DNA of 47,082 bases, the filler included, from Dimargaris cristalligena (taxonomy: Eukaryota): NCBI GenBank assembly GCA_003614675.1. It is 2 parts of 2 records of this genome, joined end to end, with 100 filler letters (N's around TTAATTAATTAA, not from the genome) between each part and the next. Parts side by side here need not be neighbours in the genome. Positions count along the whole stretch, not along the records: positions 1 to 23,496 come from ML002608.1; 1 more part is not named here. One strand, written 5' to 3'. A model generated the notes under the pieces. That model had not been told where the DNA came from. It saw nothing but the letters and a program-made list of their open reading frames with translations, and did not search any database. The first letter of the stretch is position 1; every line of letters begins with the position of its first letter. Below, in pieces: positions 11,077 to 23,596 of this stretch. Both the position numbers and the translations under genes were made by a program.

Positions 11077-13659
11077 ATGGCTAACCCTAAAGACCCCCGC
11101 CGCGGAGCTCCCCCGGGCACCGCCCAGCAGGATGCCCACACCGGGCTTGTCTTTAGAATTTCCCAAATGGACCGGTCCAAGAAAGTTGCCTCGGTCCGCT
11201 TTGACGTCACCGTAAGTAATCCCAAGGGGTATTTTCAACCGTCGAACCGAACACGCTTCCGGGATTCCCCCCCATCTACCTTCCTGGCCCGAAACCCTTC
11301 CCTACGACACATTGAGTTTTAAGCTAGGGGGCAGGTCCGCCGTGTGGTCTTGGCATAAAAGACTAGTGTCGACATGTCTACTGTGGACCTCCGCAGGCCC
11401 AGCATCATGGTCCCGAGAAATAGTATACCTACTAGCTTTGAAAACATTCTTTACCGACCAGGGGACCCGCTACCTATAAATGCCAATTATATTCTCAGAC
11501 TGACCTAGGCATTTTTGTCAATCACCCTTATATATACAACTAATACTATTAATAATACAATGCACCCCTACCGTAAAGTCGCATCTGCCCAACTATAAAC
11601 GCAGCAAATACCTTTCGATCGAGCGAAGCTACCCAGAGTTCGAAAAGCTCCGACAGCACCTCATTCAGACCTATTCAGAATGCGTCATTCCGGCCCTGCC
11701 GCCGCCTTCGGCCGCTACTGCAACTACACTTAACAGCAGCCACCTCCCCAATGGTGGTGGTGCAGGCATCATTCACATCAATCCACCGGGATACACGGGG
11801 CCTACTGCATCCTTTAATACCACCCCGTATGAAGAAGAGGCAATTGTGAGAGAGGCCTTCCATCTGTTCCTGGCCCGGATCGCCGAACACCCCATCTTGC
11901 GTAGCGACTACGAACTACGGGAATTTATCGAAGCCCCTTTTCTGGTAGGTTTAATAACATGTACAACGATAGGCTACTATCTCCGAATCTCCCATGAAAA
12001 TCAAGCGATAACCTAGTGGCCTCAAGGCTTACCTCCTTACATCCCATCACCATACCTGATTATCCCCTCCCCCTGGCACCATCGATCCCCGCAGTTTAAC
12101 CCAGCCACCATGGCTAGCGGTTCCTCGCGTTCCCAGGGCTCCTTCCTGTCGTTTGGGACCTCTCGTCGAAACCGGAATACCTTTCCCCAGGCTGCCGACC
12201 AGTCGGTCGATTTGAATGGCCTTGAGCTGGGATCGGCGGAATGGTACGACTCCCTGGGTACACGTATGGCTAAATTAGAAACCCAATTGCAGCCCACCAA
12301 GAAGATTGCCGGTCGAGTGTCTCGTAGACGCAAAGGTATGTCATTAGAGAGAATGCCCATTGAATTCATATTCTACACGAAGAATACAATTGGCGGGCTG
12401 AACGGCGGGTCCACACGCCATTTATTTCCTCAACATTGGACCCTGCTTTAAAGCCCATATTAAACCCCCTCGTGCATTACAATACTTACCGTTAACCCCC
12501 TGTTTATCTTGAATATCAGCCCTCTCGGAATGCCTACAGGACTTTGCGGCCAAAAACGTCGCCATTTCGGTCACCGAACCTAACGACGAACTGAGTCTGT
12601 AAGTACCTGTAACCTATTACATACTGAGTGTAGATTTCACGGGAAGATATCGCATCCGTGTATTAAACGTGTCGCCTCTAATATCCTGACACTTGGGTTG
12701 AGAATATGATACTTACCTCATTTTTATATTGCCGTTGACTAAATTCGCGAGCTAGTATTTTACGAAAAACGGGGAATTTACTCCATCGGATCAGCGATAT
12801 CCAACGGTTGCAGGTAATAATTATATTAAATAATATATATATATGTATATGGTACCGACTATTAGTGGTACTGTGTAATCGTATGTTAACTCCGCCATCC
12901 TATCGTAGCACTACCAAGTATCATTTACCCCGTTCCGCCCAGCCTTACCCATTCATTTATTGGGCTAACCGATAATTCACTTATGCCCATCTAGGCTGAT
13001 CACGAAAGTATGCGCCTGGAATACTTCCTCGATATCCAGGCGCAAGCCGCCGATACTCTACTGGACTGCCTGGTGCGACGCCAGCAAATATACGCCGAAG
13101 CCGAAGCGTTCACCAAGCGGACGGAGCGTAAAAAACAAAACATAATGGTCCTGCGGTCGTCGAGTTCTATCCATAGTGAACGGGCGGACCAGGCCCTTGA
13201 GGATTATGAGCAGGTAAGTGGACATGGTGTCCTATTATACACGGATTTTGATATAATACTATTTTAGAGTCCCATTATTATGTAATGACCCGAGTCAACC
13301 ATCATAAAATCATTCTAAAACCGGGATGGTTCAATAGAGACTGACTGTGGTGTTCTGGATACTTGCTGACTGGCCCTTTTTTTTAAAAAAATGGACCGAT
13401 TTAGGCAAAGACGGAGCAGGCCGCCCAGATGCACATTGTTGAACGCGTGAATACCCATTTGCCCCAAGACCTGCAGCGGGCCGAACGGCTGCGTGAACAC
13501 GACTACACCCAATGGCTGAAGAATTTCGCCAAGCGCCAGCTAGAGTTTGAGAAGAAACAACTCGACGAATGGCAGCAACTGGCCCTGTCACTAAGTAAAC
13601 CCAAACTGCAGCAGGAGATCCTGTTGGCTAATGGCATGAGTAAACCAATCCCCAACTAA
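11077..13659 (+). CDS. VPS17: Vps17-like PX-BAR sorting nexin (retromer), 450 aa, 7 exons: 11077-11211, 11579-11944, 12095-12335, 12520-12598, 12756-12813, 12995-13213, 13405-13659
   Basis: PX-like region VRFDVT/SHLPNYKRSKYLSIERSYPEFEKLRQHL...ECVIPALP...HPILRSDYELREFIE, followed by a helical BAR region with the Vps17-like LRSSSSIHSERADQALEDY and KRQLEFEKKQL. The spliced frame is open. Confidence 0.85.
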
Positions 13660-14101
13660 AGAGGTATCACTTCCTTTTGCCAGCCTCTGTATATCGCGGA
13701 CGGGGGACCAATGCCGCCTTCCTAGCAACCTTTTTTGCCTAATATTCCTGGAACCCATTTTTATTTTTATTGCTCATGAGTCCCTGGCCTTCCTGGTATT
13801 ATTCGTATTTTTTTATATCTACCCAATACCTCCGAGATCGAGATTACGTTGATGTTAGATTTGCTTATCCTACATATATACGTGTATGTTTTCTACATAC
13901 TGATTCCCCTACCAGTTTTCATTGCTCTTTTCTAACCTTTGGCTATATAGTAGTTTTGGCTTACTTTGCGCACCACCACGCAATTGTATTATTAATAGTA
14001 TTTTCTTTTTTTTTTTAGTATTACCCAATAAATACATTCAACTCCGAAAACTATGTAATAATTGGGGGGGGGGACAAAGGGACTACCGCCTAACGCTGCC
14101 A

Positions 14102-17100
14102 TCAGGTCGTTGGCTGTGCCAGGGCAGCTTCTAACTGTTCCATACCCCACTGTAAATGGAATAGTGCAATGGAAGCCCGACTTTGGAGAATTTCACGAGT
14201 CTGAGGAGATATCGTCGACAGTCCAGAGAGACCTTGGCTAGCCGTCTGAATAGGCTGCACAAAACAGATTCGGACCGTGTGTAGAAAACGCCGGTGGGCG
14301 TGTTCCTGAACTGCTGAACGGTGGGTATCCATAGCCGGCGGTATGGGGGGAGACCGGGGGTACTGTTTCACTATCCGGTGGACAAGCGATTTGAAAAGTA
14401 GAGCCGCCTCCGGTATACAACTTAACCAGTTTTCCGAAGGAATCCGCACTGTCTCGGGTGCTGCCGCGTCCCCCGGCGAAGCAGCAGAAGTGGGGGGCTC
14501 GATCACCAAGACCAAGGCCGGGAAAGCTGCCGGGGAACGTTGCACAGCCGCGTTCAAATGGGGCTTCCAGCCGCGTAGGTCGAATAGCCTATCGTAAATC
14601 GGCGGCCGGCGTTCGGGCGACCGCCCCGAGGGGAGAAACAAGTGGGTCGTGAAGGTATCGCCCGTCTGCGGATGGTTAACGAGGTCGCGGTAAAGTTTGA
14701 GTACCACCTGGCGGATTCGGGAAAACTGGTCGCATCCGAAGGCCGGGTCAGAGTGGTCCGCCTCGTTGGAAGGTAACGATTTGGTAACCGGCGAGGAATT
14801 GTTTACTAAGGCGAGCCATTTATCAAGAGGTTCCCGCGCCCGAAGGGGCCCTAGACGTTCGAGGAAACGGACCACCAGGGCATAGCCAACCGCGGGTAGA
14901 TGATAGGTGTTGGATTGGGCGATTGCTCGAATAATATTCTAGGAGAGGGAGGGGGGGGGTTATTATTATATAGAGCGCATTAGACCATTTGAAGCAGTTG
15001 GGGAAGACGATTTAAACGACAGCCAAACCGAAGAATTAGGGCTCTGCCCTATAAAAGAGATATGGTCACTTTAAAGGGAGATACAACTATATTCCTTAGT
15101 AAGCCCAAAAATAACATTTCACTGGACTATTAAGCAAAATTATAAAAGTTTGCTTACAGTATATATTTCAGATTCTTGGTACTCGGGTATATGATTCTGC
15201 TGCTGCGAAATGTACCAGTTTTGAAGCAATAGCAGGAATAAGGCTGCCCTAACATCGGCCTCCTCGGACTCCCTAGATTCAAGCAATGGCGCAAAAACAA
15301 TGCAGTGGGTTAGCTAGGTTCAATGCGAAGAGCCCGATGAGATAAGGGATAGCTTGTCCGCCCTCCTATACATGCCATTGAGTCCCCCACTCGTTCCAAA
15401 AACACCCGAAGTAAGCCACACCACTGGCCAAGTCAACTGTACCTAATTAAAGTCGCGGACGCTAGCCGAAGGGCCAGAATAATGACGCGGGGTGAATCGA
15501 CGAGGGCTACCTCCAGGTCCGCGAATAATTTACGGGTATGCTGTACCACGACGCGGTCGGAGAATGAACCATCGGTCGTGTCGGAATAATTGTTTTGGTT
15601 TCCGCTGACATCCAACCGGGCCTGTGCCACCACCACCTCACTCAACAGTATGGCCAATAAGCGACACATGTTCTTGACACTACAATCCTCCTTCTTCACC
15701 TCTTCTTCTTCTTCCCTTTTCTTCTCAGTTGAACACGCCGAGGCAATTCGCTGGATCAATTTGCAAATCGCCGCAGGTCGCCGAGGAATTAAAGCCAGTC
15801 GGAAGGCCAGGATAGCCAACTCCTCCATGACCCCGGGGCGGTTCATGGAAGTCGTCGATGAAGCAGTAGTAGGGGTGGTGATAGCACCGCCGCCGAGGAA
15901 GGTTTGGGTGCAACATTCCGGAATTAGACTCGTGAACGTAGCCCAAGTGGATAGATGTTGGCTACGTAGGAAACCCACCCAGGAGGGGTTGTTGCCATTC
16001 TCAAAATGCCTGCGCGTACTCGTGGTCGAATAGTACTTGGTCAACTGGGTCAGTTGAAATTGGATTTCGCTTAGCACTACCGCCTGGGCAATTAGCGACG
16101 CCCGTTCTTCCCCGTCCCGCCACCGGTTTAACAGTTCCGACCCGGTGGGTGTGGTCGTAGCGGACTCTTCGACATCCTTAGCCACCGCATTTAATACCCG
16201 AATTAGACCAGTGAAGGTGAGGGCGTCCGTTCCGCGCCGACGAACGAAGTGACTACAAAAAAGGACCGTGGCTGAGTCCTGGGGGTAATCGAGCAACTTG
16301 GCAATAGTGACCAGCCGACCCGCAGTTTTAGTCAGCTCGGGCAAAAGACGGGAGGCCATGGTCGAAGACAAGCGAGTAAAATTAGCATAGATATAGGCCC
16401 CGAGAAATGCGCAGGCCATCGCACTTTCGGGGGATTCGTCCTCGAGAAGCCGATTAAACATCTGAGCTAAATGCCCCTGGATCGTAAGGTGGGTCTCCCT
16501 GGGGACATAGTTGACAATGATATATTCGTAGATACCACACGCCATGCCCATCGCGGATCGTGTCACTGCTGGTGAGGGCGAACCACCGGATGATTCCAGA
16601 GGGTAGGGCAACGCGCTGATTCCTTGAAGGTTCAGCATCCCCAGATCCACCGCCGGCTGGAGGTCCCAAAGGATACGTTCGAGGAGGCGGATATCCGGTT
16701 TGGAATCTGAAGTATGTAGCGCCAAGGATTTAAGGTTGGGACTCAGTTCGTACTCTCGCAGATCGTACAGAGCATCCAGTAGGGCGCCCAACTCGGGCGA
16801 TTCCGACGTCCAGGTTATGAGTTCAGCTGTGACATCGGTAGAAATTCTTTCGATCGTTTCCCTATACCCGTTGGGATGGCTAGGCGACTTGATAATTTCA
16901 CCGAAGCACCAATTTGTAAAATATTACAATTGCAGAATGCTCGATTTAGACCAAGGAAGTAGAACGGAAAGCTGACTTAGGTAATGTAATACTAGGGTAG
17001 AGTTGACTGTGGAACAGGGCTTACCTGGAGAAGGGTTTTGAGGAAAGTTGACTTGAGATGGTCTCGCAATGGCCCGGGGTCCATGGGTTTATCGGGCAAT

Positions 17101-17225
17101 GGGAAGTACACATGGGTGTGGGTCTCTGCAGATGGGTTCGGCCGTCCAGTGTTAGCCTGGTCGGCGGAGTCGTGGGTCTCTACGGGGGTCATCGACAGAC
17201 CGTACGGTTTCTCTGGCCTTGACAT
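14102..17225 (-). CDS. Uncharacterised Leu-rich helical protein, about 871 aa, 5 exons: 17225-17025, 16971-16928, 16861-15443, 15272-15158, 14938-14102
   Basis: Joins track ORFs 16992..17285, 15433..16791 and 14102..14875 through GT-AG introns with matching phases. No family motif recognised. Confidence 0.75.
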
Positions 17226-20200
17226 AGTAGCGGCTCTTTGCAAATATGGGAATGCGTTACTTGGTAGAGAAGAGGGATTGGCCAATGAAGGGAATGGACA
17301 TGCTCAATTGAGAGTAGAGGACTCGCAGGGCCAATGGGTGTGGGGGCTATATGGTTTGGGATTCCGGCCAGGCCGACCCAACAGGGCCATTATAGTAGGC
17401 TAACTGGGGCTGGCTATACTATCCATGAAGCCTCGATTATCCCCTTAAACAAGCCCCGCGTAACGGATGTACCATAGTTAGGAAATGGGAAACTAGAAGG
17501 AGCTGTGATATTTCAAAACGCTTAAGCGGATTCACAGTGAAATTTGCATGTAACTTTCCCACTATACTTAGTCCTGACTACTCTGGCTCTTCTCGTTGAG
17601 TGCCTCCAACACTACGTTTTAAATAATCCAGACTCGTTCACTCTGAGCCGCGGCCTCAAAAAGGAGGGTTCAACACCAGACAGTCGACCACCCCCACTCT
17701 ATAGCTCAGGCGCTACTTAACTGACGTAAGGAACTTCATTTGTAGAATAAGAGTAACGTGGGCCAGGGCCAGTGTTTCGATATTGTTAAATTTAGAGATG
17801 CCGTAGGTGAACGAAAAAAATCAATGACCATCAATGCCTTCGCATGTCAGATCGCCTAACCCCTCTAGATGCTTCTGAGGAGCATTGGCATAATCCATGA
17901 GATGAGTAAGAATACAAAATTCGGATTTACGTCATCGAAACTTGACAACGAGTGGTAGGTATCAAGAAAAACACCGACCAATGCCGCTTAAGCCAACCAA
18001 TCTGTTCGACTTAGTCATTCGCATTGGTGCTGCCAATTCCTTTTGGGCAGGTCGCTCCTAAATACTGGAATGTTTCATCTAGCCTTTTCAAGGCCTACTT
18101 GGGAAATAATGCATCCAAAGAGCTCCTTCATGTGGAAATCACTCTCACCCATCCTTTTATCTAGGCATTAAGAATCCGCCCAACCAAGTTTATCCCCCCA
18201 TTGCCATGTACACCGCACAGCTGGAGGATTGCCGGGTCTATAATTTGAGGTGAAGCAATAAAGAGAGCGGCCAATGGGATAATTGACCTGAGAAGCCTGG
18301 TTTATGAGAATCTGCTTAGGGATGCACACTGATTTTACTACTTTGGCTCTGAAAAACACAAGTGCAGTGTGGGTGTGAGATATGAACCCACCCAACGGCG
18401 ATGACTGTTTAGTGAATTCCACCCGTTCACCATTCAACTGCCATGTGGTCTTGAACCATTTGAACGTCAAATCCGATGGCCATTTTCACCATGTCTAGGT
18501 TGGCCGATTCAAGAAGACCAATGTAGGGTGAAGCCTGTCGGTACGTTGATCACGGCGCAGTTTGGGAGTACTCCAACGGGCTACAAATCCAGCTCTTTTG
18601 AACATCGTGATGGCCGTAACCATTTGGGGGAGTCTGCATTAGTAAAGGTCAAAATAAGCGGTTGTTGATAGCGTAACCGCAAATGCACAAAAATTATAGT
18701 CTGGGGCATAATGCAACTTCGAGGTTTATTCGATATAGGTGTGTGAATAAGGTATACTATGTCCTTACAGCTGTACCCCTGGCTACTTCAGATCTTTAAC
18801 CTGCACCAGGACTGGTTTGAACAATCGCCATCCGGACTGACTACATAAATCCCAAGTTCAATTGTTATCCAAATAACCGGGGGTCCCTCGCGATACCCGT
18901 TAAACAATCAATATACTACAAAAACGGAGTAACAATAGGCCATTTCGATACATTCTCCGCACCTATTTTCCCGAAACTTGACCATCTGTGAACGACGCAG
19001 CCAAGCAGAAGTATAGTGTGAACATGGAGAGGTTTGCAATTGTTAAGCTAAATGTATCGCAATACCGTTCCACGTATGGGTTCTTTGGAAAAGACCAGTT
19101 CCAAGGAGTGGCGGCCGACCAGTGTTGGAGTACATAACGGAGTGTTATCTAAATTTATCTCGGAGCGGAAAACCTTTTATTAGGGTTTATCTGAAATTAC
19201 CATTAGTGCAGAACCATCCCTTCCCTTCACATCAAATGACGCCCGTCGCTGCGCCCAGGCTAAACCCTGGCAGCTGACCTGAAATGGGACCCTGTAAAAA
19301 CGGACCTTTTTATTGGGGAGAGGGGCCGCCTATGCCGTAGCACAGCCCAGGCCGACTTTACAAATGAGGTGTGTAAGTGACCCGAATCCCCATGCCAAAA
19401 ACAATAGAGCTGGCATTAAGATGCACCAAAGGGCATATGGAGACCTGGTTTTAATTTCCAAGGGAGGGGCTAAGGAGAAGCCCCAACCCATCTGGGTAAC
19501 TGCCCTCTGTTGCCATTCAGACTCTGCTGAGGTTCCAATCATTACTGGACGGAAATGGAAAAGCGGCAGTGTGTGGTGAGTACGGTGAGGAATATGATCC
19601 TTTCGGGGATCGCCCCAAGATATCCTGTTTATTTTTTTAGGACAATATCCGCCTAGTTGAGCGATGGCCATTTTTGTGCTTATTGACTAAAGGGCGTGAG
19701 GTGATGATAAAGCTGAAAGGGAGGGAGGAGGACACTCCCCAATGACTGTGGCATAGTGGTTGTACACGCCCTATTATTATTCATTTGTCTGGCGGATTGT
19801 CCTTGGTGGAGGGTTATACCCTTTGGGTTAGTCTGAATTGGACTGACACCCTATTGATTAACTCTCGACATCTCCAACTCCACTCTCTCTCATCTTTCAA
19901 CTTTCATCACCAAGTCTAGGTCTTTCACCCATCCGCCCATTATTGGGAATTGTAGACGCGTTCGTGGGTATAGACTTTATCTTGTGTGACAATAGCAGGC
20001 CTTGAGTCCCTAATTAATAACGCCGAGGGAATTTTTCTTGTAGAGAATGTCCTATTGTTGTAGGTACTAGCCGATATCCAAGACATTGTAATATTCCTTA
20101 CTCATTTTTATTTGGAGTAGTGAATCTTCGCATCGGCGTGCATCAGCAACAGTGGTGCCCTTCCTCCCTCCCTGCTTTACCATCCATTCTTTTTTCTCTC

Positions 20201-20242
20201 TCTCCAAGCAACAACAGGAAGGCGGACAATCATTCCCGGTCA

Positions 20243-20250
20243 TATAAAAG
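20243..20250 (+). promoter_or_regulatory. TATA box of the GH19 chitinase gene
   Basis: TATAAAAG about 420 nt upstream of ATG 20665, followed by a pyrimidine-rich leader. Confidence 0.5.
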
Positions 20251-20664
20251 GCCCCTGCGTCGGTCCTGAGGGCAATGGACTCTGATTTTTTAAGTGTAAA
20301 TATTGATTTTATATAGATATCTGTTGCCTCGTTGATGGTTACCCTCTGATACTTTTTGCCATATCTCCCTCCCTCCTAGCCCTACTTGATTTGGTGTAAA
20401 CCTTCTATTCTCGATCGAACCACACAATCACCTCTGCCTGCTCAAAACACCCGAGCTTTCGAAATTATCACCGGAAATCTACGACTTATTTATTGACGTC
20501 GACGCCTAGAGCCACCTCGTCGGTTTCGCTTCTGCCACCTCACTTGTCGGACTGTCTTTTCTTATTTATTATTATATCTTTTTCTAGTCGATTTTATTCC
20601 TCGCTCACTTATCCAGACTATCCGGTCCTTCATAACATTTTAATTGTACCCAACGTCGCCCACC

Positions 20665-21594
20665 ATGCTCGGCCTTCAACTATTTAACCGAGTTTTCGCT
20701 CTATTCGCCCTAATGGCCGCTTTAACGATCATGGCGCGTCCCACTCCCGACACCCCGGTGAAACCCTCCGGGTTGGAGTCATTTGGCATACTCTCCGACC
20801 CCTCATCAAAACTCGAGCGAGGTTCAGACGAATCCAATAACGTTGAAACCCGCGTCTGGGCCACTACATTATCCCAGTACAAGCCCGATAACCGGACCGC
20901 TATGATGGACTGTCAGCTTTTCTACCAAGCGGTGATGGTGGGTGGTTTCCCGCGCCCGACCCCCGGCCAGTGCGACGATTTCCGCGAGTATGCCACCACC
21001 GAGGGCGGTATTGTGCGGCCCCGCGAAGCCGCCATGTTCCTTACCCAAGTGCTTTGGGAGTCCAACGGGCTACGCAGCAAGGAGGAGCACGTTTGCGCGG
21101 GCAACCAATGTCCCGGCAACTACACGACGGATAACGATTTCAGTTATACGGAAAAGCAAGGCGATCAGACACGGACGGTTGTTAACCAATATTACGGCCG
21201 GGGGTACATTCAACTAACGTGGTCGTATAATTATCTGGCGGCGTCCAAGTCCATGTACGGTGACGACCGGTTGTACAAGAATCCCCAGTTAGTGGCCAGC
21301 GACGAAATGACCGCCTGGCGCACCTCGTTCTGGTTCTGGAAGCAACACGTCCATGATATTAAGGAGGTGCAGGACGGCCAGTTTGGTGCCTCCACCCGCG
21401 CCATCAACGGGGGCCTGGAGTGCGATGGGCCGTACCAGGACAAGGCTCGTTTACGGTTCGAACTGTACACCAAGATTCTAAAGATTGTCGAACCGGATAC
21501 AACCCCCGACCCAGCGGGGTGTTATTCCGTTGACTCCAATACTAATACCAATACCAATACCAATGGCACTAGCAATAGTAATAGCAATAGCTAA
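20665..21594 (+). CDS. Secreted glycoside hydrolase family 19 chitinase (309 aa), intronless
   Basis: Signal peptide (MLGLQLFNRVFALFALMAALTIMA). GH19 motifs REAAMFLTQVLWESNGL (catalytic Glu), KEE, YYGRGYIQLTWSYNY, NPQLVA, AWRTSFWFW and FGASTRAINGGLEC. Confidence 0.95.
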   Translation: MLGLQLFNRVFALFALMAALTIMARPTPDTPVKPSGLESFGILSDPSSKLERGSDESNNVETRVWATTLSQYKPDNRTAMMDCQLFYQAVMVGGFPRPTPGQCDDFREYATTEGGIVRPREAAMFLTQVLWESNGLRSKEEHVCAGNQCPGNYTTDNDFSYTEKQGDQTRTVVNQYYGRGYIQLTWSYNYLAASKSMYGDDRLYKNPQLVASDEMTAWRTSFWFWKQHVHDIKEVQDGQFGASTRAINGGLECDGPYQDKARLRFELYTKILKIVEPDTTPDPAGCYSVDSNTNTNTNTNGTSNSNSNS

Positions 21595-23008
21595 GCTGGT
21601 AATGGCGGCGGGGGGAGGAGGGTTGCGCTATTTTTAACTCGAAAATAATGGCAATCTGTGCTCTGGTATGATCAGCTCGGCTCAACTATAGGCTGCAATT
21701 GTATGGACCAGATATCTACTCTCCAAAACAATTGGAGTGAGGGACCGACATGTCCTTGGGCCGCGCTTTCCTTCACTCAACCGCATGTTTCCTCCCCCCC
21801 ATCCTATTGCCCATTACAAGCGGCCCATTGAACCGACTACGCTTTCCCGCTCTTAGTACAAAGGACGCGATATCTTCCTGTTTTATTTTTGTCGAATATC
21901 ATCCGTTCCCATCGCTGTATATTTTACATTGTTGACCATCATTCGTATTGCTACTCCGGAACACTGGCCCAGTGTTTTTATTCTATTTAATACCCACCAT
22001 ATGTCGATTTATACTTGCAATTGTGCATCCCCGCATATTTCCTTTAGACGTTCCTTTTTACTGGGCAACATATTCCGACACTACCGTTACGCCTAGTTGT
22101 CCCATGCCCCCCCTCATGCAGTTGTTTGTCTCTCTCAGTTCAACACCCTTATATTGTGAGATCTGACTAATAGGTCCTTGCAATGTGAATAAATACATTA
22201 ATATGATTATATGCCTATTGTCCACCTGGAGATGTAGGTGCTTGCTAGCCCCAAACGACCCTAGTTATGGGGTTGGGTTAGATAGATAGTGCCGGCGTTA
22301 AGTGGGGTTTGTACTGAATTATACTGGCAGCGTTAACTGTTGGATAAACAGGTCCTGGTAGCCTACCCCCTAGATGAACTCCTCACTAGTGTGGCTATTG
22401 TTCTGAATCTTCCTGAAATTTCGGCCAGGGTCGATTGTAGTCAGTCGAGAAGGTCCCTCTTTGCCCTGAGAGAGTCATTGGTGGCCTTGAAAAGGGATTA
22501 GTAATAAGTATAAGTTCCATATCCAAGGCAGCTGCTATTCGAGACGATAGGTTTTCCGATTTGGGCAATTCATTAGTGATCACACCCAGCCTGTTTATGG
22601 GGGGAGATTCATTTAATAACGGCCAATATAGCTCTGAGTTGTCAGCAAGAGTGAGGGCTGCCTAACATAGCAATCTGGGGTCTAGTCGCTATACTGCCTT
22701 GGACCCGAAGGAGTTCCCACCTAGTGAGTGATGCATCATTAATGTGACCAAAGTCAACGTGTGACCCCATGTGACTCTTTGGATACATCCTGTTGTAGCC
22801 ATGCATATGGCACTGCGTTACTTTATGGCGATTCTCTTTCCTTACCATTCGCTGCATATATTGCCTATTCTATGCCCAACCTTCCTCCTACCAAGACACT
22901 TTCGTTTTTATCCCAGAGTTTCGCATTGCTGTTATTGTAATACCCCACCAGGGCTTTCTATACTGGACCAGTGTCATTTACATACCCAGCTTTCTCACAT
23001 TCGTAGCT

Positions 23009-23496
23009 ATGCTAAAGGTTCGGGCCACTCTCGGAACGAGGGTTCACCGCCCCGCCGTAGTCGGGCTCTTTAGTCCCAATGCCTACGCTCAGTCCAGTCA
23101 GCACATCGTTGTAGACAGGCCCCTGCGGCCGTTACAGCCCTCCCATCCGCAGCGTCGTAACCACCATACCATACCTAACACAGCCCCACCCACTCCCCCC
23201 CATTCCGTCCCCTCGGCCGACCAAGGGCGGTCCCAGGCCCAAATACGTATTGCACGCATCGATGCCGACCGACCGTATCCATCGGGCTTACCCACCCTTA
23301 ACGATAAATACCAGCGGTCCCATACGTATCTACGTATCGCCCTGACTGAACGGTGTAACCTTCGCTGCACTTACTGTATGCCCGAGGAGGGGGTCCCGCT
23401 TACTCCGGCTGACAATATACTGCGCACCGAGGAAATTGTGTACCTGGCCCGGACATTTGTTCGTGAGGGCGTGACAAAAATACGGCTAACGGGCGG
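23009..23496 (+). CDS. MOCS1: GTP 3',8-cyclase (MoaA/MOCS1A/Cnx2, radical SAM), 5' part only, cut by the contig end
   Basis: [35 protein letters not shown]...[10 protein letters not shown] with the CxxxCxxC motif. The Arg-rich, acid-poor N-terminus suggests a mitochondrial presequence. Confidence 0.93.
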
Positions 23497-23596
23497 NNNN
23501 NNNNNNNNNNNNNNNNNNNNNNNNNNNNNNNNNNNNNNNNTTAATTAATTAANNNNNNNNNNNNNNNNNNNNNNNNNNNNNNNNNNNNNNNNNNNN
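23497..23596. other. Artificial contig-joining linker (N44-TTAATTAATTAA-N44)
   Basis: Exactly 100 bp with symmetric N runs around a palindromic 12-mer that places stop codons in all six frames. Confidence 0.95.

Noticed and set aside
12709-12720. ATACTTACCT, identical to the U1 snRNA 5' end
   Set aside because: It lies in a Vps17 intron, with no U1 stem-loops or Sm site downstream.
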